Part shown: piece by piece, positions 16,350 through 23,334 of the stretch
Layout of the letters: every line of letters starts with the position of its first letter
How positions within the stretch are numbered: position 1 is the first letter of the stretch
From: a virus
DNA: 40,237 bases
Virus record (IMG/VR): IMGVR_UViG_3300045988_037990
Strand: one strand, 5' to 3'
Translations under genes and position numbers: made by a program
The notes under the pieces: model-generated
Told to the model about the DNA's origin: nothing
Databases searched by the model: none
Seen by the model: only the letters and a program-made list of their open reading frames with translations

Positions 16350-16589
16350 TTATTCGTTTCCTAAATTCATGATTTCTTCTAGTTCATATTTATATGAATT
16401 GTAGATTGCTAGGTCTCTTTCAAGTTGTTCGATTCTAGCGCAAACTTGTTTTACATAGTTCGTGTTTCCTTTTTGTGCTTCCTTAACCAAGTCTTCTTTT
16501 TCTTGTTCTAGTGAGCGATTAATGCTTTCAATTTGCCATGTTGTTCTGTTTATTACTAGTTCTAATAGCTTTTTTGTTTTTGTTTCCAT
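16350..16589 (-). CDS. Coiled-coil hypothetical protein (cargo region)
   Basis: 79-aa ORF whose start lies in the conserved TAGAACACAATG context. Confidence 0.55.
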   Translation of the reverse strand: METKTKKLLELVINRTTWQIESINRSLEQEKEDLVKEAQKGNTNYVKQVCARIEQLERDLAIYNSYKYELEEIMNLGNE

Positions 16590-16669
16590 TGTGTTCTATC
16601 TCTCTTTCTTTTTACACTCACATTGTGATGTAATACAGTTCATAAAGCAAGCAAAAAAGCGAAAAATAA

Positions 16670-16716
16670 AGCAGAAAATAAAAAAGAAGGGAACGCTATT
16701 TTTCAAGCATTCCCTT
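16670..16716 (-). terminator. Rho-independent terminator ending the holin operon
   Basis: On the minus strand, the stem AAGGGAAUGCU pairs with AGCGUUCCCUU (about 11 bp including wobble pairs), followed by CUUUUUUAUUUU. Confidence 0.75.
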
Positions 16717-16944
16717 GATCCGTTCCGATAAGTCTTTGACCTGTTCTTTTAGCGTAGCCACTTCCTTTTCCAGCTCGTTATGGCTTTCGATTTTTTTAGC
16801 TAGACTGTCGACCTTTTTGTCCATCTGTTCTACCTTGTAATCCAGCAATGCCGAATGTTTGGAGTTGCTGGTCCATGTTGCTAAAACCGAAGGTACTCCG
16901 ACGCAAAGTCCGGATATGATCGCAACCAGAATTGTATCAGTCAT
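16696..16944 (-). CDS. Lysis-accessory membrane protein: N-terminal TM plus coiled coil (BhlA/UviB-like architecture)
   Basis: The TM reads ILVAIISGLCVGVPSVLATW and is followed by a heptad-rich C-terminus. Its start overlaps the holin stop by 1 nt. Confidence 0.45.
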   Translation of the reverse strand: MTDTILVAIISGLCVGVPSVLATWTSNSKHSALLDYKVEQMDKKVDSLAKKIESHNELEKEVATLKEQVKDLSERIKGMLEK

Positions 16945-17153
16945 TATTCGTCCTCATTTACTTCTGGCAAACCTGCTAGGCTTGTTAGAATCGAGCATAC
17001 GCCGGCCACGACCGTTGTGCTAGCTGCGTACATCCAGTTAATATCCGGAACGGCTGCGCCTACGGTGATAGAGGCTAGAGCTGTTTGAGCCATTGTCTTG
17101 ATTGCTCGAACTCCTGCTGCTTCCCACCATGCTTTGTTTGTAAGTCTACTCAT
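16944..17153 (-). CDS. Holin (phage_holin_1 / LL-H-like)
   Basis: 69 aa with two hydrophobic segments, the motif VRAIKTMAQTALA and a charged C-terminus, EVNEDE. Confidence 0.7.
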   Translation of the reverse strand: MSRLTNKAWWEAAGVRAIKTMAQTALASITVGAAVPDINWMYAASTTVVAGVCSILTSLAGLPEVNEDE

Positions 17154-17170
17154 CCTCGTTACCTCCTACT

Positions 17171-17196
17171 AAAAAGGGCACGCCATCTGGCATGCC
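17171..17196 (-). terminator. Rho-independent terminator between the BclA-like gene and the holin
   Basis: On the minus strand, GGCAUGCC-AGAU-GGCGUGCC forms an 8-bp stem with a tetraloop, followed by CUUUUUAG. Confidence 0.7.
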
Positions 17197-17205
17197 TTCA
17201 ATCAC

Positions 17206-17601
17206 CTATACTATTCTAGAAACCGTTTCTGATGCGTTGATCAGAGTTCCGGCTGCTGATGTAACCCACGTTAGAGCGACCTTGTTTCCTGGTGCTGCTG
17301 GTGCTGCCTGGATAACAGCGGATACTGGAAGAGTGATCACGTTGTCTACTGCGGTTGTTGTTACTTGTGCTACGGCTCCCGGTACTGCTGTTCCGTTGGC
17401 ATAAAGTTGCACTTGATTTGTTCCCGCTGCGGTTGCTGAAATCACGAAGCTTCCATCTACTTTATAAGTTCCAGGTCTTACGATCTCCAGAGCGTTTCCG
17501 TTTAGATTGACTCTGTTGTTCGTCCGAGTCTGAACGGTTCCAGGTGGGATCGTTGCGCCTGCTGCTAGTGCTGCGCTTGTCGTGTTGACGACTTGGATCA
17601 T
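17206..17601 (-). CDS. Small protein resembling the BclA C-terminal / C1q-TNF-like jelly-roll domain
   Basis: The pattern PGTYKVDGSFVISATAAG...VQLYANGTAVPGA...ITLPVSAVI...VALTWV...ETVSRIV matches the beta-strand periodicity of BclA-C-type domains by eye. Confidence 0.45.
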   Translation of the reverse strand: MIQVVNTTSAALAAGATIPPGTVQTRTNNRVNLNGNALEIVRPGTYKVDGSFVISATAAGTNQVQLYANGTAVPGAVAQVTTTAVDNVITLPVSAVIQAAPAAPGNKVALTWVTSAAGTLINASETVSRIV

Positions 17602-17611
17602 CTTTATACCT

Positions 17612-18208
17612 CTAGGCTACTGTAGCGCCTGCTGGGTAGTAAGTTCCATATTGTGGGTAGTAAGGCGGATTTGTGTAATATCGTCCTAATTGGCTCAAGA
17701 TGTTATGAGTTTGTACACTGTTTGAAATTGCCTGCAAGCTTTGATCATATTGTGTTTTCAAGGCATCATATTTGTCTTGCATCATTTGAGTCTTTAAGTT
17801 GCAGCAGCATTGTTCCATCTGGTGAGATAGGTTGTTAATGCTTTCCTGTACTCCTCCAAAACCTTGGCATAAAGAACTATTTACACCGTTGAAGCCATTC
17901 ATCATGGCCATCTGTGTTTGGTTTGCGTTTTGCATCTGGTTCACGTTCATCTGGTTGATTAGCTGCGCGTTTTCGTATGAGCTTGAGCAGATTCCGTTTG
18001 AAATTCCGTCTAGCTTATTAATAATAGCTTGCGTATCAAATCCACGTTGAACCTCTGCTTGTGTGCCTTGCTGGTTTCCCCAGGCTCCGCCGCCACCAAA
18101 TCCAAAAATCAAAAAGAATAAAATTAGAATGATAATCCCGTTTCCTTCTAGAAATCCATCTTTGTTTCCAGTTACAGAAGCGATATCAGATAATGATAAG
18201 TTGTCCAT
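17612..18208 (-). CDS. Single-TM protein with N/Q/M-rich, Cys-containing ectodomain and Tyr/Pro-rich tail
   Basis: The TM reads IIILILFFLIFGFGGGG. It is followed by NQMNVNQMQNANQTQMAMMNGFNG, a CCC motif, and the C-terminus YYTNPPYYPQYGTYYPAG. Confidence 0.6.
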   Translation of the reverse strand: MDNLSLSDIASVTGNKDGFLEGNGIIILILFFLIFGFGGGGAWGNQQGTQAEVQRGFDTQAIINKLDGISNGICSSSYENAQLINQMNVNQMQNANQTQMAMMNGFNGVNSSLCQGFGGVQESINNLSHQMEQCCCNLKTQMMQDKYDALKTQYDQSLQAISNSVQTHNILSQLGRYYTNPPYYPQYGTYYPAGATVA

Positions 18209-18248
18209 GTGTGTTCTCCTTTCTTATCTATCTTGATTTTGCAAAATC

Positions 18249-18443
18249 CTATTTTAGAAAGCCCTTGAACTGTTCCGCCATTTGTTTGGCTTGATCCAGT
18301 TGAGCCTGCGTAAATTTTCCGGAGGCCATCAGCTCGTTTAGAAGTTGCTGCGGGTCCTGCGTCCCTAGCATCTTTTTAAATTGCTGAAATTGTTGCAGCA
18401 TATTTCCTTTTCCTCCTGGTCTATTTTGAAGTAGTGGATTCAT
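18249..18443 (-). CDS. Q-rich 64-aa hypothetical protein
   Basis: I chose the start at MNPLLQN because it follows GAGGAGG plus 8 nt. The longest ORF starts at 18464. Confidence 0.55.
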   Translation of the reverse strand: MNPLLQNRPGGKGNMLQQFQQFKKMLGTQDPQQLLNELMASGKFTQAQLDQAKQMAEQFKGFLK

Positions 18444-18783
18444 GACGGTTGCCTCCTCTCGCATTCTGTTCTACCTTTGAAAGCCATTCATTGAATTCTG
18501 CCTTCGTGAGGTACTTGTCTTCCGGTTGATCTTCTTTCACTTCCTGGAAGCTATAAGCCTTGATCGTACAGAACCCACTTGCGTCTGCTTGTTTCTGATA
18601 AAAAATAGGCTTGTTACTATCCATTAAAATCACGGACTGGTTCGGTCCTAGAGTGAAAGCTTTAGCACTTTCGATTCCATTTACAAATTGAATCTGGTTC
18701 ATTTGTTGAGTCGGTGCCTGCATCTGTGGCATTCCAAACTGCCCAGGCTGCGGCATGAAATTATTGAAATATGGTGTGTTCAT
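18421..18783 (-). CDS. Hypothetical protein with a Q/P/M-rich N-terminus
   Basis: 120-aa ORF beginning MNTPYFNNFMPQPGQFGMPQMQAPTQQMNQ. Its start lies in the TAGAACACAATG context. Confidence 0.6.
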   Translation of the reverse strand: MNTPYFNNFMPQPGQFGMPQMQAPTQQMNQIQFVNGIESAKAFTLGPNQSVILMDSNKPIFYQKQADASGFCTIKAYSFQEVKEDQPEDKYLTKAEFNEWLSKVEQNARGGNRHESTTSK

Positions 18784-18789
18784 TGTGTT

Positions 18790-19107
18790 CTACCTCTTTT
18801 CACCTATATTCTCTAATATTTCCATGTCTGGAACCGTCCCTCTTTTGTCCTTCTTTAGCTTGTAAAATTCGAAGGCCATATCAACCAAAAGGGCCCAGTA
18901 GTAGTCATTTAAATCCTTGACGGTTTCTTCGAATTCATCTTTTGACATGCCTGCATCCTGGTAGTGCCATTGCGAGTCTTGCGTTTTGCTTCTTAGCTGG
19001 TATACAACTTTTTTCTGTCTGTCGCTCAGTCCTTGCTCTTCAATCAAAAAATGCGCAAAGTCTGGGCGTAGAGGTGTCTGGTATCTTCTATTTATTCTCC
19101 TGTTCAT
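18790..19107 (-). CDS. Hypothetical protein (possible small HTH; LSDRQKKVVYQL resembles sigma r4/LuxR-type helices)
   Basis: 105-aa ORF whose start lies in the TAGAACACAATG context. Confidence 0.55.
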   Translation of the reverse strand: MNRRINRRYQTPLRPDFAHFLIEEQGLSDRQKKVVYQLRSKTQDSQWHYQDAGMSKDEFEETVKDLNDYYWALLVDMAFEFYKLKKDKRGTVPDMEILENIGEKR

Positions 19108-19129
19108 TGTGTTCTATTGCTGATCCTTT

Positions 19130-19993
19130 CTATTTAAATGTTCCGTATGGACTTGTATTAAATCCGGCCGAGTTTAGCTCTCCACAGGCCATCCATCTAC
19201 GTGTTCCGTCTGCGCCAATCCAGGAAATCCAGCAGTAGCCTTCTCGCTTCACGTATCCGTCATAGTTTACGTGCTGCCCTTTGATATATGTTAGGCCTGT
19301 GTCTTGTCCTTTTAGGCTTGGCGCGCGTCTGATCTTGATTGTACAAGCAGGATAGAATGTAGCTTTTTCACGTACAAAGTCTGAAGGAATGCCATTTAGC
19401 ACGGATGCTGATCCAGTAGTGGTTCCGCCTCCTTGATTGAATGGTACGTGGCTAGCATCTGTCCAGTTTGCGAATGTTCCCTTGTTCAAGATGACCGTTC
19501 CATCTGTTACGAATGCTAAATCTGCAGAAACGTTATTAGGCAAGTGATATACCCCTTGCGAGTTTCTATCGTACATATGAGAGAACTTTCCTTTTGCAAC
19601 TTCGATATGTGCATGATTTCCTGTTGCATATCCTGCAGTTCCTTCATCTCCGAACGTGTCGCCTTGCTTGAAATACTTCACTCTTTTAATATCCTCGATG
19701 TAGTTATCGTGAATAAACATAAATGTAGCAAAATCAATCGTTCCGTCTCTAAATAGTACTTTTTTGTCTGATTCTAAGAATACAGCATTTCCGTTTCGTG
19801 CCGAGTCATAGGCTACTAAGTGGCAGTCGCACGGTGCGATTGTTTCGTCGATTCCTGGATCCTTTCCTGCGTTGTCTAAGGCGTTAGTTCCTAAGTGTGT
19901 TCCTACGTTGTTTCCTTGAGTTACATTCATGTACTCCATCGGAAAGCCTAGAAGCTGATATCCGCCTTTTGTTAGTTTTTGTCCTTTTCTCAT
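19130..19993 (-). CDS. Endolysin: M23/LytM-type metallopeptidase with a C-terminal SH3b cell-wall-binding domain
   Basis: GTHLGTNALD and GNHAHIEV fit the HxxxD and HxH zinc motifs. The C-terminus YVKREGYCWISWIGADGTRRWMA is SH3b-like. Confidence 0.75.
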   Translation of the reverse strand: MRKGQKLTKGGYQLLGFPMEYMNVTQGNNVGTHLGTNALDNAGKDPGIDETIAPCDCHLVAYDSARNGNAVFLESDKKVLFRDGTIDFATFMFIHDNYIEDIKRVKYFKQGDTFGDEGTAGYATGNHAHIEVAKGKFSHMYDRNSQGVYHLPNNVSADLAFVTDGTVILNKGTFANWTDASHVPFNQGGGTTTGSASVLNGIPSDFVREKATFYPACTIKIRRAPSLKGQDTGLTYIKGQHVNYDGYVKREGYCWISWIGADGTRRWMACGELNSAGFNTSPYGTFK

Positions 19994-20011
19994 TTTTTGG
20001 ACCTCCTTCTA

Positions 20012-20042
20012 TTTATGAAAAAAGAGAAGCGTTTTGCTCCTC
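20012..20042 (-). terminator. Rho-independent terminator between the fibre module and the endolysin
   Basis: On the minus strand, GAGGAGC-AAAAC-GCUUCUC forms a 7-bp stem with one G-U pair, followed by UUUUUUCAU. Confidence 0.6.
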
Positions 20043-20055
20043 CTTGTTTCCTCAG

Positions 20056-20199
20056 TTAACTGAAATCAATCAATTCATTTTTTTGTTCTTCCGTAATTTT
20101 TCCTCTTTCAAAGGCTTGATTTACTAGAAAAATAAAGTTGTCTTGATCATATTTACCTTCGATAACTCTTTTCTTTTGATTACTCAAGATTCTGTACAT
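20056..20199 (-). CDS. 47-aa protein, possibly XkdX-like (below the ORF-track cutoff)
   Basis: I translated it manually as MYRILSNQKKRVIEGKYDQDNFIFLVNQAFERGKITEEQKNELIDFS. The SD is a strong GAGGAGGA. Confidence 0.5.
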   Translation of the reverse strand: MYRILSNQKKRVIEGKYDQDNFIFLVNQAFERGKITEEQKNELIDFS

Positions 20200-20368
20200 G
20201 AGTTGTTTCCTCCTCTTCTTCTGGTAGCTCGATACCTGCCATGCAAGCTACATACTGAGTGATGAATTTCTGATTCTCTAATTCATCTGCATTATTTTGA
20301 ATTTGATAAGCTTCATATTCTTCTTGGGCTTGCTTTTCAATTGATGTCTCTAGTTCTTTGATTTTCAT
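20180..20368 (-). CDS. Acidic 62-aa hypothetical protein
   Basis: The ORF has an AAGGAG SD and sits in the position typical of small post-fibre genes. Confidence 0.55.
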   Translation of the reverse strand: MKIKELETSIEKQAQEEYEAYQIQNNADELENQKFITQYVACMAGIELPEEEEETTHVQNLE

Positions 20369-20382
20369 TTAAAAACTCCTTT

Positions 20383-21567
20383 CTATGCGATGCAAACAAG
20401 CGGGGCGAACGGATACACTTTGGAAGCGTCGTTGGTGGTGACATTGCCACTAGCGTACACATTCCACGTATAACAAGCATTGCCTTGGTAGGCTGAACGC
20501 AAACGGACGTACTGAGGTGATGCTTTATTTGCAACGGAATACTCAACCATATTTGGATAATCTGTCCACCATTCGCAAGGTGTTGTACGTCCGCTTCTTC
20601 TTTTCCAATATGTGTGAACATCACCTTCACCACTAGTTTGTGGTTTAATGAACATCTGAGATAGTGAAGGTAACGTAACATAATCATATGTAATATCCTC
20701 AACACCTTCATCGTTTGCAGTATTTGCAAAAGTAGATACCTTAACTTTCTTCAAACTATTCAACATTTGTTCTGGCATACCACATAAGAATCCATCTTTA
20801 TTTGCGAGTTGGTCCGGGCAAATATCCCATTGGTCTTGTGGAGTCCACCACTGTCCTTTTGGCTTACTTGAGTTTAGCCATTGTCGTAACGCAGATGTTT
20901 TCCAACGATTCCATCCATATGCCGATTCTTGTACTGAGTTTAAATTTCCACTTCTTCTGTCATATGGGATTGTTCCTAGATTTGTTCCACCACTACCAAC
21001 AGTAACATTTACCGTCTCATTTAATGTAATTCCATCTTTACCATATGAATAAACTTTCCAATTAGATGGTGCTTGGTTGGGTGCTTCATAGCATCCAGCT
21101 AATCTACCGCCTTTTTCTACAGGCTTTGTCAATGTAAATTGGTAATTGATTCCTGGCTTAACATTGTTCCCCCATGCCTTAGCAAAATCGAAATTGTAAG
21201 TGCCAGCACTAAGTCCATCAGGACACGCTAGAAACGCTCTCTGATGCGAAAATTGAACTCCAAAAGGCAAAGTATAGTGCGACTGCAACCACATCCCAGG
21301 AACTACTTCTCCGTCCTCTAAAGTAACATCCTCGAAATGATTCACTTGCCAAGGCATATCGTATTCTTTTGAATCTGCGGTATCTGTCCATTTCTCGATT
21401 AATTGCGTACCAATTGCGAACGCTTTTTCTCCGGCACTATTCGCAACAATTGCTTGAACGCTACTCCAATCCATGTTGGAATGTGCGATATTTGTTTGTG
21501 CGATTACAGATAAAGCTTTTGCAATTTCTTGTCCTGTATCGTCTGTCAGTATTCTTTTTTTACTCAT
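20383..21567 (-). CDS. Putative receptor-binding protein / tail fibre tip
   Basis: 394 aa and last large gene of the tail module. The C-terminal region is Trp/Tyr-rich (WWTPQDQW, YWKRRSGRTTPCEWW, RLRSAYQGNACYTWNVYASG). Confidence 0.55.
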   Translation of the reverse strand: MSKKRILTDDTGQEIAKALSVIAQTNIAHSNMDWSSVQAIVANSAGEKAFAIGTQLIEKWTDTADSKEYDMPWQVNHFEDVTLEDGEVVPGMWLQSHYTLPFGVQFSHQRAFLACPDGLSAGTYNFDFAKAWGNNVKPGINYQFTLTKPVEKGGRLAGCYEAPNQAPSNWKVYSYGKDGITLNETVNVTVGSGGTNLGTIPYDRRSGNLNSVQESAYGWNRWKTSALRQWLNSSKPKGQWWTPQDQWDICPDQLANKDGFLCGMPEQMLNSLKKVKVSTFANTANDEGVEDITYDYVTLPSLSQMFIKPQTSGEGDVHTYWKRRSGRTTPCEWWTDYPNMVEYSVANKASPQYVRLRSAYQGNACYTWNVYASGNVTTNDASKVYPFAPLVCIA

Positions 21568-21769
21568 TTTCTACCTCCTGTACTATATAGCCTTCTTCGT
21601 CGATTGATAAGCCCAGTGAATCAAATCTTTGCTTTAATGCGTTTATTCCTAAGGCTGTGTCTAATTGTCCTATAGTGCTCTTCTTGGTTGCCTTGGTGTC
21701 TTGAATGATTATCAAATCACTTTCTGATACTTGTTCAACTGATGGCAAATCATCTATTCTAATTCCCAT
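21560..21769 (-). CDS. Small tail-fibre-associated protein
   Basis: IDDLPSVEQVSESDLIIIQDTKATKKSTIGQL resembles the N-terminal anchor motif of phage fibres. Confidence 0.5.
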   Translation of the reverse strand: MGIRIDDLPSVEQVSESDLIIIQDTKATKKSTIGQLDTALGINALKQRFDSLGLSIDEEGYIVQEVENE

Positions 21770-21770
21770 A

Positions 21771-21932
21771 CTAGCCTCCTACTTTCTTTTCAAGTTCTTT
21801 TATTCTTTTGCTCAATAAAAGTATTTCTTTTTGTAAAGATTTTCCGCATCTTGCGGATAAAGGGGAAGTCGAAGAATTACTGTCTAGATTATCGACAACC
21901 GACTTAGCTATCAGATCCTTTAAGCCCTTCAT
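21771..21932 (-). CDS. 53-aa hypothetical protein (below the ORF-track cutoff)
   Basis: I translated it manually as MKGLKDLIAKSVVDNLDSNSSTSPLSARCGKSLQKEILLLSKRIKELEKKVGG. The SD is a strong TAGGAGGTAAAAA. Confidence 0.55.
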   Translation of the reverse strand: MKGLKDLIAKSVVDNLDSNSSTSPLSARCGKSLQKEILLLSKRIKELEKKVGG

Positions 21933-21942
21933 TTTTTACCTC

Positions 21943-23331
21943 CTAAGATCCAAAATTCTTATGAACTTTAATTGTTCCTTTATCATTGAAATATATTTTT
22001 TTTATTTTCTTTATCTTGCCGTTGTAGTTGAACCACAGCTTTGCTGTGCGCAAAGATTCTCTATCTTGTATTAATACAGCGCTTATAGGATTTCCCCGCA
22101 TGTCTGTTAATTCAAAGCCGTTTGCGGTCATAATTTTTTCTTCAGTTATGTCCTGATTATAAGCAACTTTTGCCTGGTCTGCGGGTGTCACAAATTTTGC
22201 GCTCGCATAGTCTGATACAGTATCAAAGTTATCAACGATTCGAATATAAAATGTGTATGTTGTCTCTGGTACTAAATTACTGACTACTAATTTTGTTTCC
22301 GTTTGTAAGTTCTTCCAAATATTTCTATCAAACGAATATTGATAATAATACGAACTTGCACCTTCTTTGATTTTAAAATCAGTCCATGTGAATGTCGCTC
22401 CAAACGGGTTTAAATCTGTACAAGTTACAGTACCTTTGCTCGGTTTATCAGGTTTAGCTGTAGTAAATGTTATCTTTACAGAATCCGAAGGTGTGCTGAA
22501 GTTATCAACGATACGAATATAGACTGTATATTCTGTATGAGGGCTTAATCCTGATATTTCGAAATTTGTTCCCTTTGACCTGTCTGTCCAATTATCCCCG
22601 TCCATTGAAGATTGATAATAATAGTCTGTAGCTCCCTCTTGAATACTAAATCCGTCCCACGATACATCTGCAGATTTGTAGGTTATATTTGAAACTTTTA
22701 CCTTTCCCGCTTTTGGTTTGTTCGGTTTCTTAGTCTTTATAAATTTGCTAACAGGATTTACTAGAAGTACACTTGTATCTCCTTGGTATCTTACATAGCA
22801 ATTTACTTCGTATTCTTTGTTAGGGATTAAATCCGTAAATTTACCCTCAGTGCCAATTTTAGAAGCTTTATCCAAAGTTGCTTTAATTGTGTAGAAATCA
22901 TAAGGATTTGATTCTAAAGTAACTTCATAACTTACCGAGTTATAAGTACTGCTTAATTCAATATCTTTGATTTTCGGTATAGATATAGTAGCCGATTCGG
23001 TCTGTGAACCGCTTGCAGAAATGTTTCCGAAACTAGTACTGAAGTATATATTTCTAGAATCTACTCTGTTATTTGTCGCAAATGCATACTCTAGCGTTCC
23101 ACTGGCTAATCTCCACGTTCCTGCTCCACCTGTGTTTATGTTTACAGTATGACTCTTGTATCCAAAATTAAGAACTGCTCCGTTGTACTGCGTTGAGTTT
23201 GCAGAATAAGCGTGTTGCAAATATATTGCATATGAAACTTTATGTTTAATGTTCGGATATGTTCCTTCTATGTAATTGCTACAATCTACACGAAAGCTAA
23301 TTCCATGTATACCCGTATTGTAAGTAGCCAT
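21943..23331 (-). CDS. Tail fibre / baseplate protein with tandem fibronectin type III repeats
   Basis: Residues about 201-291 and 292-382 are clear paralogous repeats, with the shared motif W.DF.I.EGA..YYYQ...D...W.....T......L.P.T.YT.YIRIVDNF. A more degenerate copy lies at about 117-200. Confidence 0.65.
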   Translation of the reverse strand: MATYNTGIHGISFRVDCSNYIEGTYPNIKHKVSYAIYLQHAYSANSTQYNGAVLNFGYKSHTVNINTGGAGTWRLASGTLEYAFATNNRVDSRNIYFSTSFGNISASGSQTESATISIPKIKDIELSSTYNSVSYEVTLESNPYDFYTIKATLDKASKIGTEGKFTDLIPNKEYEVNCYVRYQGDTSVLLVNPVSKFIKTKKPNKPKAGKVKVSNITYKSADVSWDGFSIQEGATDYYYQSSMDGDNWTDRSKGTNFEISGLSPHTEYTVYIRIVDNFSTPSDSVKITFTTAKPDKPSKGTVTCTDLNPFGATFTWTDFKIKEGASSYYYQYSFDRNIWKNLQTETKLVVSNLVPETTYTFYIRIVDNFDTVSDYASAKFVTPADQAKVAYNQDITEEKIMTANGFELTDMRGNPISAVLIQDRESLRTAKLWFNYNGKIKKIKKIYFNDKGTIKVHKNFGS

Positions 23332-23334
23332 GGT

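Noticed and set aside
20337-20729. Listed 130-aa ORF overlapping the 3' end of the RBP gene
   Set aside because: It lies out of frame inside the well-supported 394-aa gene. It has no SD and its composition looks like a shadow frame.
20383-23331. Diversity-generating retroelement acting on the fibre or RBP genes
   Set aside because: No reverse transcriptase ORF exists anywhere in the 40 kb. I found no second near-identical copy (template repeat) of the RBP 3' end.
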